From assembly GCA_020845475.1 (NCBI GenBank), contig JADLFN010000049.1, positions 3,062 to 67,061 of the forward strand: a stretch of DNA of 64,000 bases. Reading direction: 5' to 3'. Source of the DNA: Planctomycetota bacterium. Its GTDB lineage: Bacteria; Planctomycetota; UBA8742; UBA2392. Both the position numbers and the translations under genes were made by a program. The notes under the pieces were generated by a model that saw nothing but the letters and a program-made list of their open reading frames with translations, was not told where the DNA came from and did no database searches. Positions within the stretch are counted from its first letter, which is position 1. Every line of letters starts with the position of its first letter. This document shows positions 44,248-51,596 of this stretch, in pieces.

Positions 44248-45180
44248 ATGGCCATTTTCGTCAACAAAGCCACGCGCGTGATCTGCCAGGGCATCACCGG
44301 CCGCCACGGCGCGTTCCACACTGCGCGCTGCATTGAATACGGCACCAACTTTGTCGGCGGCGTCACGCCCGGCAAGGGCGGCCAGAAATTCGACAAAGAC
44401 CCCGACGGCAACATCATCAAGCGCCCCGACGGCTCCACCGCCACGCTTCCGATTTACGACACCGTCGCCGAAGCTGTGCGCGAAACCGGCGCCGATGCCA
44501 GTATGATCTTTGTGCCGCCCGCCGGCGCCGCCGACGCGATCCTCGAAGCCGCCGATGCAGGCATCAAACTCATAGTTACGATCACCGAAGGCGTGCCCGT
44601 CATGGACATGGTGCGCGCCAAGCGCATCATGCAGGAGAAGTATCCGCAAACGCGCCTCGTGGGCCCCAACTGCCCCGGCGTGATCACGCCCGGCGAGTGC
44701 AAGATCGGCATCATGCCCGGCCACATTCACCGGGCCGGCGACATCGGCATCGTCTCGCGCAGCGGCACACTCACCTATGAAGCCGTGCACCAGGTGACCG
44801 GCATGGGCCTGGGCCAGAGTTCCTGCGTCGGCATCGGCGGCGACCCCGTCAACGGCACCAACTTCATCGACGTGCTCGATGCATTCAACAAAGACCCCAA
44901 GACGCGCGCCGTCATCATGATTGGCGAAATCGGTGGCAGCGCCGAAGAAGACGCGGCTTCCTGGATCAAGAAGAACATGATCAAGCCCGTAGCCGCGTTC
45001 ATCTGCGGGCAAACAGCGCCCAAGGGCAAACGCATGGGCCACGCGGGCGCGATCATTTCCGGCGGCAAAGGCACGGCCAAAGAAAAGATGGAAGCCCTGC
45101 GCGCCGCGGGATTGGTGGTGGCCGACAGCCCCGCTGACCTCGGCAAAGCGGTCATGGCCGCCATCGAAAAGCGCAAGTAG
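44248..45180 (+). CDS. sucD: Succinate--CoA ligase subunit alpha
   Basis: [24 protein letters not shown]...GGVTPGKGG...[20 protein letters not shown]...SRSGTLTYE...MGHAGAII, canonical SucD. No sucC is adjacent. Confidence 0.92.
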   Translation: MAIFVNKATRVICQGITGRHGAFHTARCIEYGTNFVGGVTPGKGGQKFDKDPDGNIIKRPDGSTATLPIYDTVAEAVRETGADASMIFVPPAGAADAILEAADAGIKLIVTITEGVPVMDMVRAKRIMQEKYPQTRLVGPNCPGVITPGECKIGIMPGHIHRAGDIGIVSRSGTLTYEAVHQVTGMGLGQSSCVGIGGDPVNGTNFIDVLDAFNKDPKTRAVIMIGEIGGSAEEDAASWIKKNMIKPVAAFICGQTAPKGKRMGHAGAIISGGKGTAKEKMEALRAAGLVVADSPADLGKAVMAAIEKRK

Positions 45181-45220
45181 CACGGGCCTCCCGGCCCGTG
45201 TCTCGAAAAGCGCAAGTAGC
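45164..45220. repeat. 18-nt direct repeat (tcgaaaagcgcaagtagc x2) bracketing a 20-nt hairpin at the sucD stop
   Basis: Copies at 45164..45181 (includes the sucD stop codon) and 45203..45220. Between them lies the hairpin cacgggcc tccc ggcccgtg. Confidence 0.7.
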
Positions 45221-45308
45221 GGTTTTGTGGCACGGGTTGCCCTAACCCATGCCACGGCTGGAATGTCGCCGCACGTTGTACGCTCATGGCACCTCAAAGG
45301 AGAAAGCC

Positions 45309-45944
45309 ATGAGCAATGCGCAATACCGAGTGCAGGAACCCGCGGCGCAAGGCGTCCGCGAGCGGCTCACGCCGATTCAGGCGATGTTCCGCTGCGTGCG
45401 CGACGTGAAGCTGTTCGCGCTTTACATCGAGCTGGGCGGCGCCGTGCTGGATCGCGGCATTGAGTACTTCACGCGCGTGATCAGGTCAGGCGAGGAGTGC
45501 TTCGGCCGCGCGCTGGCCAGCGAACGCGAGGAGTGGGCCAAGCACGAGAAGGATCCCGAGTACCGCATGAAGCGTCTGCGCAGCATCGTGACGGTGGGCG
45601 AGGCGCTGCGCGCATCCAACGCGCTGACGCGCGCGATGGACGACCGCCGCGAGTTGATGCTGCGCGCCGTTGAAGCCGCGCAGAACGGCGCAATCGCCCA
45701 GGAAGTGTTCCTCAAGCGAGCGCAAAAGGCGTTCGAAGAGGTGCGCAAGGGCATGAGCGACATCCCGCTGGGTTGTGATGTGAACCGTGACGCGGCCCAT
45801 GATGCGGGCGTTCCGCCCGCACAGAACCGTGAATCGGCCGCGCAGGGTTCGCCCAAAGACGGGGACAGCCCGTCGGTAAACAGCGCCGGGGACACTCCCA
45901 AAAAGGCAGGTGCCGCCACGCCCGGCGCGACCAAGGCCGCCTAG
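45309..45944 (+). CDS. Hypothetical protein (211 aa)
   Basis: ATG at 45309 preceded by AAGGAG. MSNAQYRVQEPAAQGVRERLTPIQAMFRCVRDV... No family recognised. Confidence 0.5.
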   Translation: MSNAQYRVQEPAAQGVRERLTPIQAMFRCVRDVKLFALYIELGGAVLDRGIEYFTRVIRSGEECFGRALASEREEWAKHEKDPEYRMKRLRSIVTVGEALRASNALTRAMDDRRELMLRAVEAAQNGAIAQEVFLKRAQKAFEEVRKGMSDIPLGCDVNRDAAHDAGVPPAQNRESAAQGSPKDGDSPSVNSAGDTPKKAGAATPGATKAA

Positions 45945-46102
45945 TGCCCCAGCGAGTCGGGGCACTAGCGCCCGCGCTGAAAACTCGGAGCTCTTTGACA
46001 TTCGAGAAGGGGAAGCGTGGCTGGCGACGCCTGTCGCCAGCATGGCGCAGGAGATTTCGAACTATTCGCAAACGCGCGAGACTTCCGTATCGTTAACTCA
46101 AC

Positions 46103-47170
46103 ATGCGCCGCGTTATTCTCACCTGCCTCGCCCTGCTGTCGCTTTCGTTCATCTCGCAAGCCGAAGCGCCATCGCTTGAGCCCATACAAAGGAAGGAAGA
46201 CGTATTCAAGCTGGAAGAAGAAAACGGCTTGAAGGTGCTAAGGCTGAAGGGCAAGCAGGAACTTGTTGTCGAGTCATTGCTGCGAGCCTGGGTTGAGGCA
46301 AGCGGCAATCAGGTCATGTACCAGCCCTCGCAGGTGGCCTCCTTCAAGGTCACAATTGCCGCGCCGGAGGAGGGCAAAGCCTACGACGCGGCCGGAATCG
46401 AAGGGCTGCTGGCCGATGCGCTCTGGGAATTCAGGCTGTATCTGACGGAGCTGTCACCTCAGCGCTTTCACATTGTGCCGATCGTGGAGGCAGAGTATTA
46501 CGCGCCGCTTGTGGATGTGGCCGGGCTGAAGGCCGTGCCGGAGCATCGTGTGGTGAACCTGCGCTGGCGGACACCTTTTCCGCTGCTCTTTCTGCACAGG
46601 GCCGGCGCGACGAATCTCATGTGGCCGGAGGCGATGAACATGTCGCGCGTGCCGGGCATTGTGCTGTTGTGCGAGCGCGCCGCGCGCTTGCGCGAAATCA
46701 TTCCTTCGCTCGAGGAAATTGATCGTGCCGCAGCGCTGCGCGAGATCAGGCTTTACGAATCTGCATCTTCCATCGCGCCGGCCAGCGTCGCAAAGGCCCT
46801 TGACGAACTGGTTCCCAAGGACGTGTTTGTGCCCCAAAACGCCGTCTCGGCTATTCCCAACACGCGGCTACTGCTTGTCTGGGCGGTGCCCGAGATCCAG
46901 GCGCTGGTTCCCGGCGTGCTCAAGGCACTTGCGATCGAGCCCAAGGCCGCGCAGCCGCCGAAGGATCCGCCGAAGTGGGAAGTGCGCCGCTATGATTTGC
47001 CTGAGTCCGCCGACAGCGCGGACGTCATAGCCTCGCTGGAAAAGTTGTTTGACGCCGCGCGCACGCGCAGGCTGACGATTGTTTCAATCCCCGGAAAGAA
47101 AGCGCTGGCAGTTCGCGCCCTGCCCGAGATTCACGAACAAGTGGCTGAATTCATCGAACTCTTGAAATAG
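46103..47170 (+). CDS. Exported secretin-N-domain-only protein, paralog 1 (N0-like + Secretin_N-like modules, no pore domain)
   Basis: Signal peptide MRRVILTCLALLSLSFISQAEA. N0-like block LLRAWVEASGNQVMYQPSQVASFKVTI...RFHIVPIVEA. Terminal module RRYDLPESADSADVIASLEKLF...ALAVRALPEIHEQVAEFIELLK. Most degenerate middle module of the five. Confidence 0.7.
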   Translation: MRRVILTCLALLSLSFISQAEAPSLEPIQRKEDVFKLEEENGLKVLRLKGKQELVVESLLRAWVEASGNQVMYQPSQVASFKVTIAAPEEGKAYDAAGIEGLLADALWEFRLYLTELSPQRFHIVPIVEAEYYAPLVDVAGLKAVPEHRVVNLRWRTPFPLLFLHRAGATNLMWPEAMNMSRVPGIVLLCERAARLREIIPSLEEIDRAAALREIRLYESASSIAPASVAKALDELVPKDVFVPQNAVSAIPNTRLLLVWAVPEIQALVPGVLKALAIEPKAAQPPKDPPKWEVRRYDLPESADSADVIASLEKLFDAARTRRLTIVSIPGKKALAVRALPEIHEQVAEFIELLK

Positions 47171-47178
47171 GTGTGCCC

Positions 47179-48207
47179 ATGAAAACCCGCGTGCTGCTTT
47201 CAAGTGTGCTGCTGCTCGTGCTGGGCGTAGCGTCGTCCGCCCAGGAAAAAGCACCCGAAATGCCAGACGCCAAGGCGGAAGAAAGAAAGCCCTTGCACGT
47301 CACGAACAATACGAGCGATTTGTCCGTACTGGAGCTGATCAGATGGTGGTGCGAGTACGAAAAAGTGAGCGTCATCTATCAGCCAACGCAACTGATGAGT
47401 TTCAAGGTGACCCTGATGGTGCCAAAGGATGGCGAGGAGATTGCGCCCGAAAGACTGAGTCACCTTTTGGCGGATGCCCTTGATCAGTTCAGGCTTTGCA
47501 TCATCGAAATTTCCGAGAACCGCTATTCGATCGTGCAGGCCACGGAGGCCTGCACTCTCTCTCCTTTCCTCGATGTCGAAGCCGCGCGCAAAGCGCCAAG
47601 TTGGAAGTATGTTGTGGTGCGCATCCCGCTTCGCCACAGCGACGCGAATGTGGCGCGTGCCGCGCTGCAGAATTTGATGTCGCGCCAAGGCGGAACAGTG
47701 AATCCACTGCAAGCGCCTCAATTCCTGCTCATTGGAGATCGCGCGGATCGCTTGCAGCGGCTGATTGATGCCGTTGAAGCTTTCGAGGCCGAGGGCGCGC
47801 GCCGCACGGCCAAAACTTACATTCTTCCGCCCGGCATCAGCGCCAATAGCGCGGCTGCGGGCTTCTCGACAATCATCGGCAGTGAGCGCTACAACCAGCC
47901 CACGCCGCCCGCGGCAGCAGTAAATGAAACCACCGTTGTTGTGCGCGCCACGCCAGAGCAACTTGTGCTTTGCGATGAGCTGCACAAGCAGCTGGTGGCC
48001 AAGGCAGAGGAAATCACCGCCCAGAGCAAAGTGTCGGCGCGGCGCTACGACGTGGGCCGCACGCCCGATAAGTTTGTCGAGAGCCTGGAGAAGCTGTTCA
48101 AGAACCAGCTTTCCGTCGCTGCTGTGCCGGGTGCCGACGCCATCATCGTCAAGGCCAACGCCGCCACCCACGAAGAAGTCAAAGCCGCGCTCGAGTTGAT
48201 GAAATAG
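47179..48207 (+). CDS. Exported secretin-N-domain-only protein, paralog 2
   Basis: Signal peptide MKTRVLLSSVLLLVLGVASSAQE. N0-like LIRWWCEYEKVSVIYQPTQLMSFKVTL...RYSIVQATEA. Secretin_N-like YVVVRIPLRHSDANVARAALQNLMSRQGGTVNPLQAPQFLLIGDRADRLQRLIDAVEAFE. Ends ...IIVKANAATHEEVKAALELMK. Confidence 0.75.
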   Translation: MKTRVLLSSVLLLVLGVASSAQEKAPEMPDAKAEERKPLHVTNNTSDLSVLELIRWWCEYEKVSVIYQPTQLMSFKVTLMVPKDGEEIAPERLSHLLADALDQFRLCIIEISENRYSIVQATEACTLSPFLDVEAARKAPSWKYVVVRIPLRHSDANVARAALQNLMSRQGGTVNPLQAPQFLLIGDRADRLQRLIDAVEAFEAEGARRTAKTYILPPGISANSAAAGFSTIIGSERYNQPTPPAAAVNETTVVVRATPEQLVLCDELHKQLVAKAEEITAQSKVSARRYDVGRTPDKFVESLEKLFKNQLSVAAVPGADAIIVKANAATHEEVKAALELMK

Positions 48208-48231
48208 TGCGGCGCAGTTTCGTTTTCTTCC

Positions 48232-48256
48232 AAACGCGCGCCTTGGGCGCGCGTTT
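48232..48256 (+). terminator. Hairpin between paralogs 2 and 3 (possible terminator/attenuator)
   Basis: Stem aaacgcgcgcc, loop ttg, stem ggcgcgcgttt, followed by CATTTG, in the 137-nt gap. Confidence 0.45.
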
Positions 48257-48344
48257 CATTTGCCAGTGCAGCATCGCGAGTGGTTCGCGACCTACCCACA
48301 ACCCCGAAACCCGGAAGTCCGGCCCCCGCCGGAGGAGAACCGTC

Positions 48345-49208
48345 ATGTCCCGAATCCTAGCCGCGCTATTTGTTTGCTCGCTGGGTGTGTTGTTCGCATT
48401 TGCACAGGAAGCGCCGCGCGCTGCACCCGCGCCGGAGAAGCGCGTTCTCGAGGTAGGCGACGTGCCCTTCCTGGTCACGGAAATCGGCGGCAAGCCGGCT
48501 TGGAAGTTGCGCGGCCAGGTTGAAATCCCGCTGGCCGAGCTCGTGGGTGCGTGGGTTCGCGCCACGGGTACGCCGGTGCCCATCAACACGCGCGCTTTGG
48601 CCTACACGTGCAGTTACCAGGCGCCGCCCGATGGCGTGACGCTGACCGGCGACGCCATTACTGACTTCGTCTCCGACATGCTGGCGCAGGTGCGCATGGT
48701 GCTTGTCGGTTTCTCCTCGGGCCGCGCGCAGATTGTGCAGTCGGCCGAAGCCGCGACGCTGGCGCAGGTGGTCAATCGCACGGAGTTGGAAAAGGCCCCG
48801 GCATCTGAATGGGTCACCTGCTGCCTGATGTTCCGTTACGCCGAGCCAAACGCGGTGCGTGCGGCCTTGCAGAATCTCGTCTCGCGCCAAGGCGGCATCG
48901 TCAACCCCGTCTCGGGCGCCAACGGCCTGCTGATCACTGACCGCGCCGATCGCGTGCGCCAGATGGCCAAGCTCGCCGACACGCTCGACTCGACGGGCCA
49001 GGGCGAGCAAACGCTGGAGAAGTACGACTTGCCCGAGAGCATTGACGCGCTGGAGGCGGGCAAGGCGCTGATGTCACTCTTCCGTCCTGCAAGCAAGTCG
49101 CTGCCGCAGATGGAAGTATCGCTCGTGCCCGGCAAGGCGCGGCTGCTGATCCGCGCCAACGCCGCGCAGCACGCCGAGATCAAGCGCGCCATCGAGTTGA
49201 TGAAATAG
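48345..49208 (+). CDS. Exported secretin-N-domain-only protein, paralog 3
   Basis: GGAGGAG upstream of the ATG at 48345. Signal peptide MSRILAALFVCSLGVLFAFAQE. ...RAQIVQSAEA. WVTCCLMFRYAEPNAVRAALQNLVSRQGGIVNPVSGANGLLITDRADRVRQMAKLADTLD. Ends LEKYDLPESIDALEAGKALMSLF...LLIRANAAQHAEIKRAIELMK. Confidence 0.75.
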   Translation: MSRILAALFVCSLGVLFAFAQEAPRAAPAPEKRVLEVGDVPFLVTEIGGKPAWKLRGQVEIPLAELVGAWVRATGTPVPINTRALAYTCSYQAPPDGVTLTGDAITDFVSDMLAQVRMVLVGFSSGRAQIVQSAEAATLAQVVNRTELEKAPASEWVTCCLMFRYAEPNAVRAALQNLVSRQGGIVNPVSGANGLLITDRADRVRQMAKLADTLDSTGQGEQTLEKYDLPESIDALEAGKALMSLFRPASKSLPQMEVSLVPGKARLLIRANAAQHAEIKRAIELMK

Positions 49209-49213
49209 CATCT

Positions 49214-49245
49214 GAGCAGGGGCGACATATATGTCGCCCCTGCTC
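49214..49245. repeat. Palindromic element GAGCAGGGGCGACATAT/ATATGTCGCCCCTGCTC (copy 2 of the GGGGCGACA palindrome), between paralogs 3 and 4
   Basis: Perfect 32-bp palindrome 6 nt after the paralog 3 stop. Its core ggggcgaca..tgtcgcccc is shared with 39794..39815. Confidence 0.7.
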
Positions 49246-49310
49246 CGCGTCATTTGCGCCATCGCTGCGCATCCTCGCGCGTTTCAAATTCGATCGCCCT
49301 GGAGAAAACC

Positions 49311-50195
49311 ATGACCCGCCTGATTGCCGCAACCCTCGTCATCGTCTGCGCACTTGCTGTTGGCTTTGCACAGGAGAAACCGCCCGTGCTCGGGCGCGGC
49401 TCTTCAACGCTGCCCTTTGAAGTCACGGCCGTTGACGGCAAGCCCGCATGGATCGTCACGGGCCGCGGCACTGTCTATGTAGAAGACCTGCTCGGCGGCC
49501 TGGCCAACGCGACCTCGCTGCGCGTGTCGTTCACGGCGCGCGCCGCGGAATCGCGTCGCGCGGCGCTGGGATATCTCGCGCCGGATTCGGGCATGACGCT
49601 CAAGAGCGAGCAGATCCCCGCGTTCGTAAGTGAACTTCTCGCGGGGCAGGGTCTGACTATTGTCGGCTTCACGCAGGGCAACGCGCGCGTGGCGCGCATC
49701 GACGAGGCGGCCAGCCTGTCCACGCTCGTCACCGACGCCGAATTGACGAAGATCAACGACGCCGAGTGGGTCGCGCTGAACCTGAGTCTCGTCAACGCTT
49801 CGGTCGGCATGTCGAACCTGCTGCACATCTACAAGGGCGCCAACGTCACGGCCTACGACTATCCCGGCGGCGTGCTGATTTACGGCCCGGCTGAGCGCGT
49901 GCGCACCACCGCGCGCCTGTTGCGCGAACTCGACAAAACCGGCGTGGGTTCCATCACCGTGCGCACCTACGACCTGCCTGAGGGCGTGAAGGCCGACAAC
50001 GCGCGCCTGATTCTCTCCGGCCTGTTCCCCAGCGACACCACCGAAGTCAAACAGATGGACAGCGGCGTGAGCGTGGTTTCGCGCTCGACGCCGCGCGTGG
50101 TTGTCATGGCCGCACCCGTGGGCAACCGCCTGATCGTGCGCGCAAGCATCTCCGACCACACCATGGTCACTCAGGCGCTGGCGGCCATGAAGTAG
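49311..50195 (+). CDS. Exported secretin-N-domain-only protein, paralog 4
   Basis: GGAGAA upstream of the ATG at 49311. Signal peptide MTRLIAATLVIVCALAVGFAQE. ...NARVARIDEA. WVALNLSLVNASVGMSNLLHIYKGANVTAYDYPGGVLIYGPAERVRTTARLLRELD. Ends VRTYDLPEGVKADNARLILSGLF...LIVRASISDHTMVTQALAAMK. Confidence 0.7.
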   Translation: MTRLIAATLVIVCALAVGFAQEKPPVLGRGSSTLPFEVTAVDGKPAWIVTGRGTVYVEDLLGGLANATSLRVSFTARAAESRRAALGYLAPDSGMTLKSEQIPAFVSELLAGQGLTIVGFTQGNARVARIDEAASLSTLVTDAELTKINDAEWVALNLSLVNASVGMSNLLHIYKGANVTAYDYPGGVLIYGPAERVRTTARLLRELDKTGVGSITVRTYDLPEGVKADNARLILSGLFPSDTTEVKQMDSGVSVVSRSTPRVVVMAAPVGNRLIVRASISDHTMVTQALAAMK

Positions 50196-50253
50196 CGCAC
50201 GGTGCCATTGCGTTGTAGCCGCGCTACACTGGCGCCCTCACGGAGGTTTGGCC

Positions 50254-51366
50254 ATGGCGAAAATGACGCGGCTTGGACTGATGGTTGCGGCAGTGCTGGC
50301 GCTGGCGGTGGGAGTGGATTCGCAAGATCCGCCCAAGGCAAAGGCGGATTGGCGCAAGGTCGGGCTTTCGACGGAGTTCCTGGCCCACCGGCTGGTGGGG
50401 GAAACCACGGATCACTACGAGTTCACTGCGCTGGATCTGATCAGCGAGTGGGGCCGGCGCGGCGAAGTGACGGTGCGCTATGACGCGCGGCAGGTGGCCT
50501 CGGTGCCAAAGCTTTCGCTGCGGGGCGTCAAGGAGCCGAACAAACTTTCGGCCTTTGACCTGTGCCAGCGCGCGCTCGAGAACAACGGCCTGACGCTGTT
50601 TCCCGAGGCGGGCACGCCGCGCGCGTTCGTTGTGGACGCCGGCTACAACGCCGGTGAGCGCGCGCCGCTGGTTAAAGAGGAAGAGCTGGCCTCGATGGCA
50701 ACAAGCGAGTGGGCGGCGCTGCTTTACACGCTCAAGAGCGCGGGCGCTGCCCATGTGGTTTCCATGGCGCAGTCGGTGATGTCGCAGAGCGGCGGCCGCA
50801 TCCAGAGCACGCCCGGCCAGCCCACGCTGCTGGTAGTCGATCGCGCGGCCAACGTGATGCGCGTGCTGGAAGTGTTCCGCCAGGTGGACCTGCCGCGCGA
50901 AGACCCCAAGACGGTGCCCTATCAGCGTGCGACCAAGGCGCACCAGTTCCAGTTGGCCAAGACACTGCAGGCTTTCCTTGACCGTTACGCTGCGGAGATC
51001 AACGTGGCGGCGGGCAAGTTCTACGTTTCCTACGAGCACGAGACGCGCATGCTTGTGGGCATGGTACCGCAGGCGGTGTGCAGCTTCCTTGATGCCGCCA
51101 TCGACGCCGCAGACAAGAACGTTCAGGCCAAGCGCGACGAAGACGAGTTGCAGGGCCCGAACTTCGCGTGCTTTGAAGTGCCGATTCCACCGGAGCAAAA
51201 GGCCGCGGCCATTGAAGCCTCACTGCGCCAGTTGTTCGAGCCCGAGCAGGTGGCCGGTGACATGCGCACCATGATCAAGGGCGACCAGACCAAGAGCCTG
51301 GTGGTGCGCTGCCGCAAGTGGCTGGAAGCCGGCGTGCGCGACGCCCTTGAAACACTGATGAAATAG
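50254..51366 (+). CDS. Exported secretin-N-domain-only protein, paralog 5
   Basis: GGAGG 7 nt upstream of the ATG at 50254. Signal peptide MAKMTRLGLMVAAVLALAVGVDSQD. WAALLYTLKSAGAAHVVSMAQSVMSQSGGRIQSTPGQPTLLVVDRAANVMRVLEVFRQVD. Ends ...SLVVRCRKWLEAGVRDALETLMK. Confidence 0.7.
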   Translation: MAKMTRLGLMVAAVLALAVGVDSQDPPKAKADWRKVGLSTEFLAHRLVGETTDHYEFTALDLISEWGRRGEVTVRYDARQVASVPKLSLRGVKEPNKLSAFDLCQRALENNGLTLFPEAGTPRAFVVDAGYNAGERAPLVKEEELASMATSEWAALLYTLKSAGAAHVVSMAQSVMSQSGGRIQSTPGQPTLLVVDRAANVMRVLEVFRQVDLPREDPKTVPYQRATKAHQFQLAKTLQAFLDRYAAEINVAAGKFYVSYEHETRMLVGMVPQAVCSFLDAAIDAADKNVQAKRDEDELQGPNFACFEVPIPPEQKAAAIEASLRQLFEPEQVAGDMRTMIKGDQTKSLVVRCRKWLEAGVRDALETLMK

Positions 51367-51596
51367 TTAGGCACGATCGCGGAATTGCCGCCAGTTCGCC
51401 TCGTGTCGTGCCGATGCGAAATGGGGTTCCCTTTACACCGCCAGTTTTCGCGCACGTCAGATTGTGACTTAGAGACAAGCCCTTCCGAGCCCGACGCCCT
51501 GGAACCCGCTTAAAATAAGGCTTTTTTGGCATCACACCGTTTGCTCATGGTGTTTACTTAAGTGAGCGCGCGGGGGTGATCCGGGTGGAGGGCAGC

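Noticed and set aside
47200-51198. Long minus-strand ORFs (47200..48171, 48366..49010, 49404..50159, 50224..51198) opposite the five secretin-N paralogs
   Set aside because: Each mirrors a plus-strand gene that has a signal peptide, a Shine-Dalgarno site and paralog-conserved motifs. The antisense translations are Arg/His-rich and are not related to one another.
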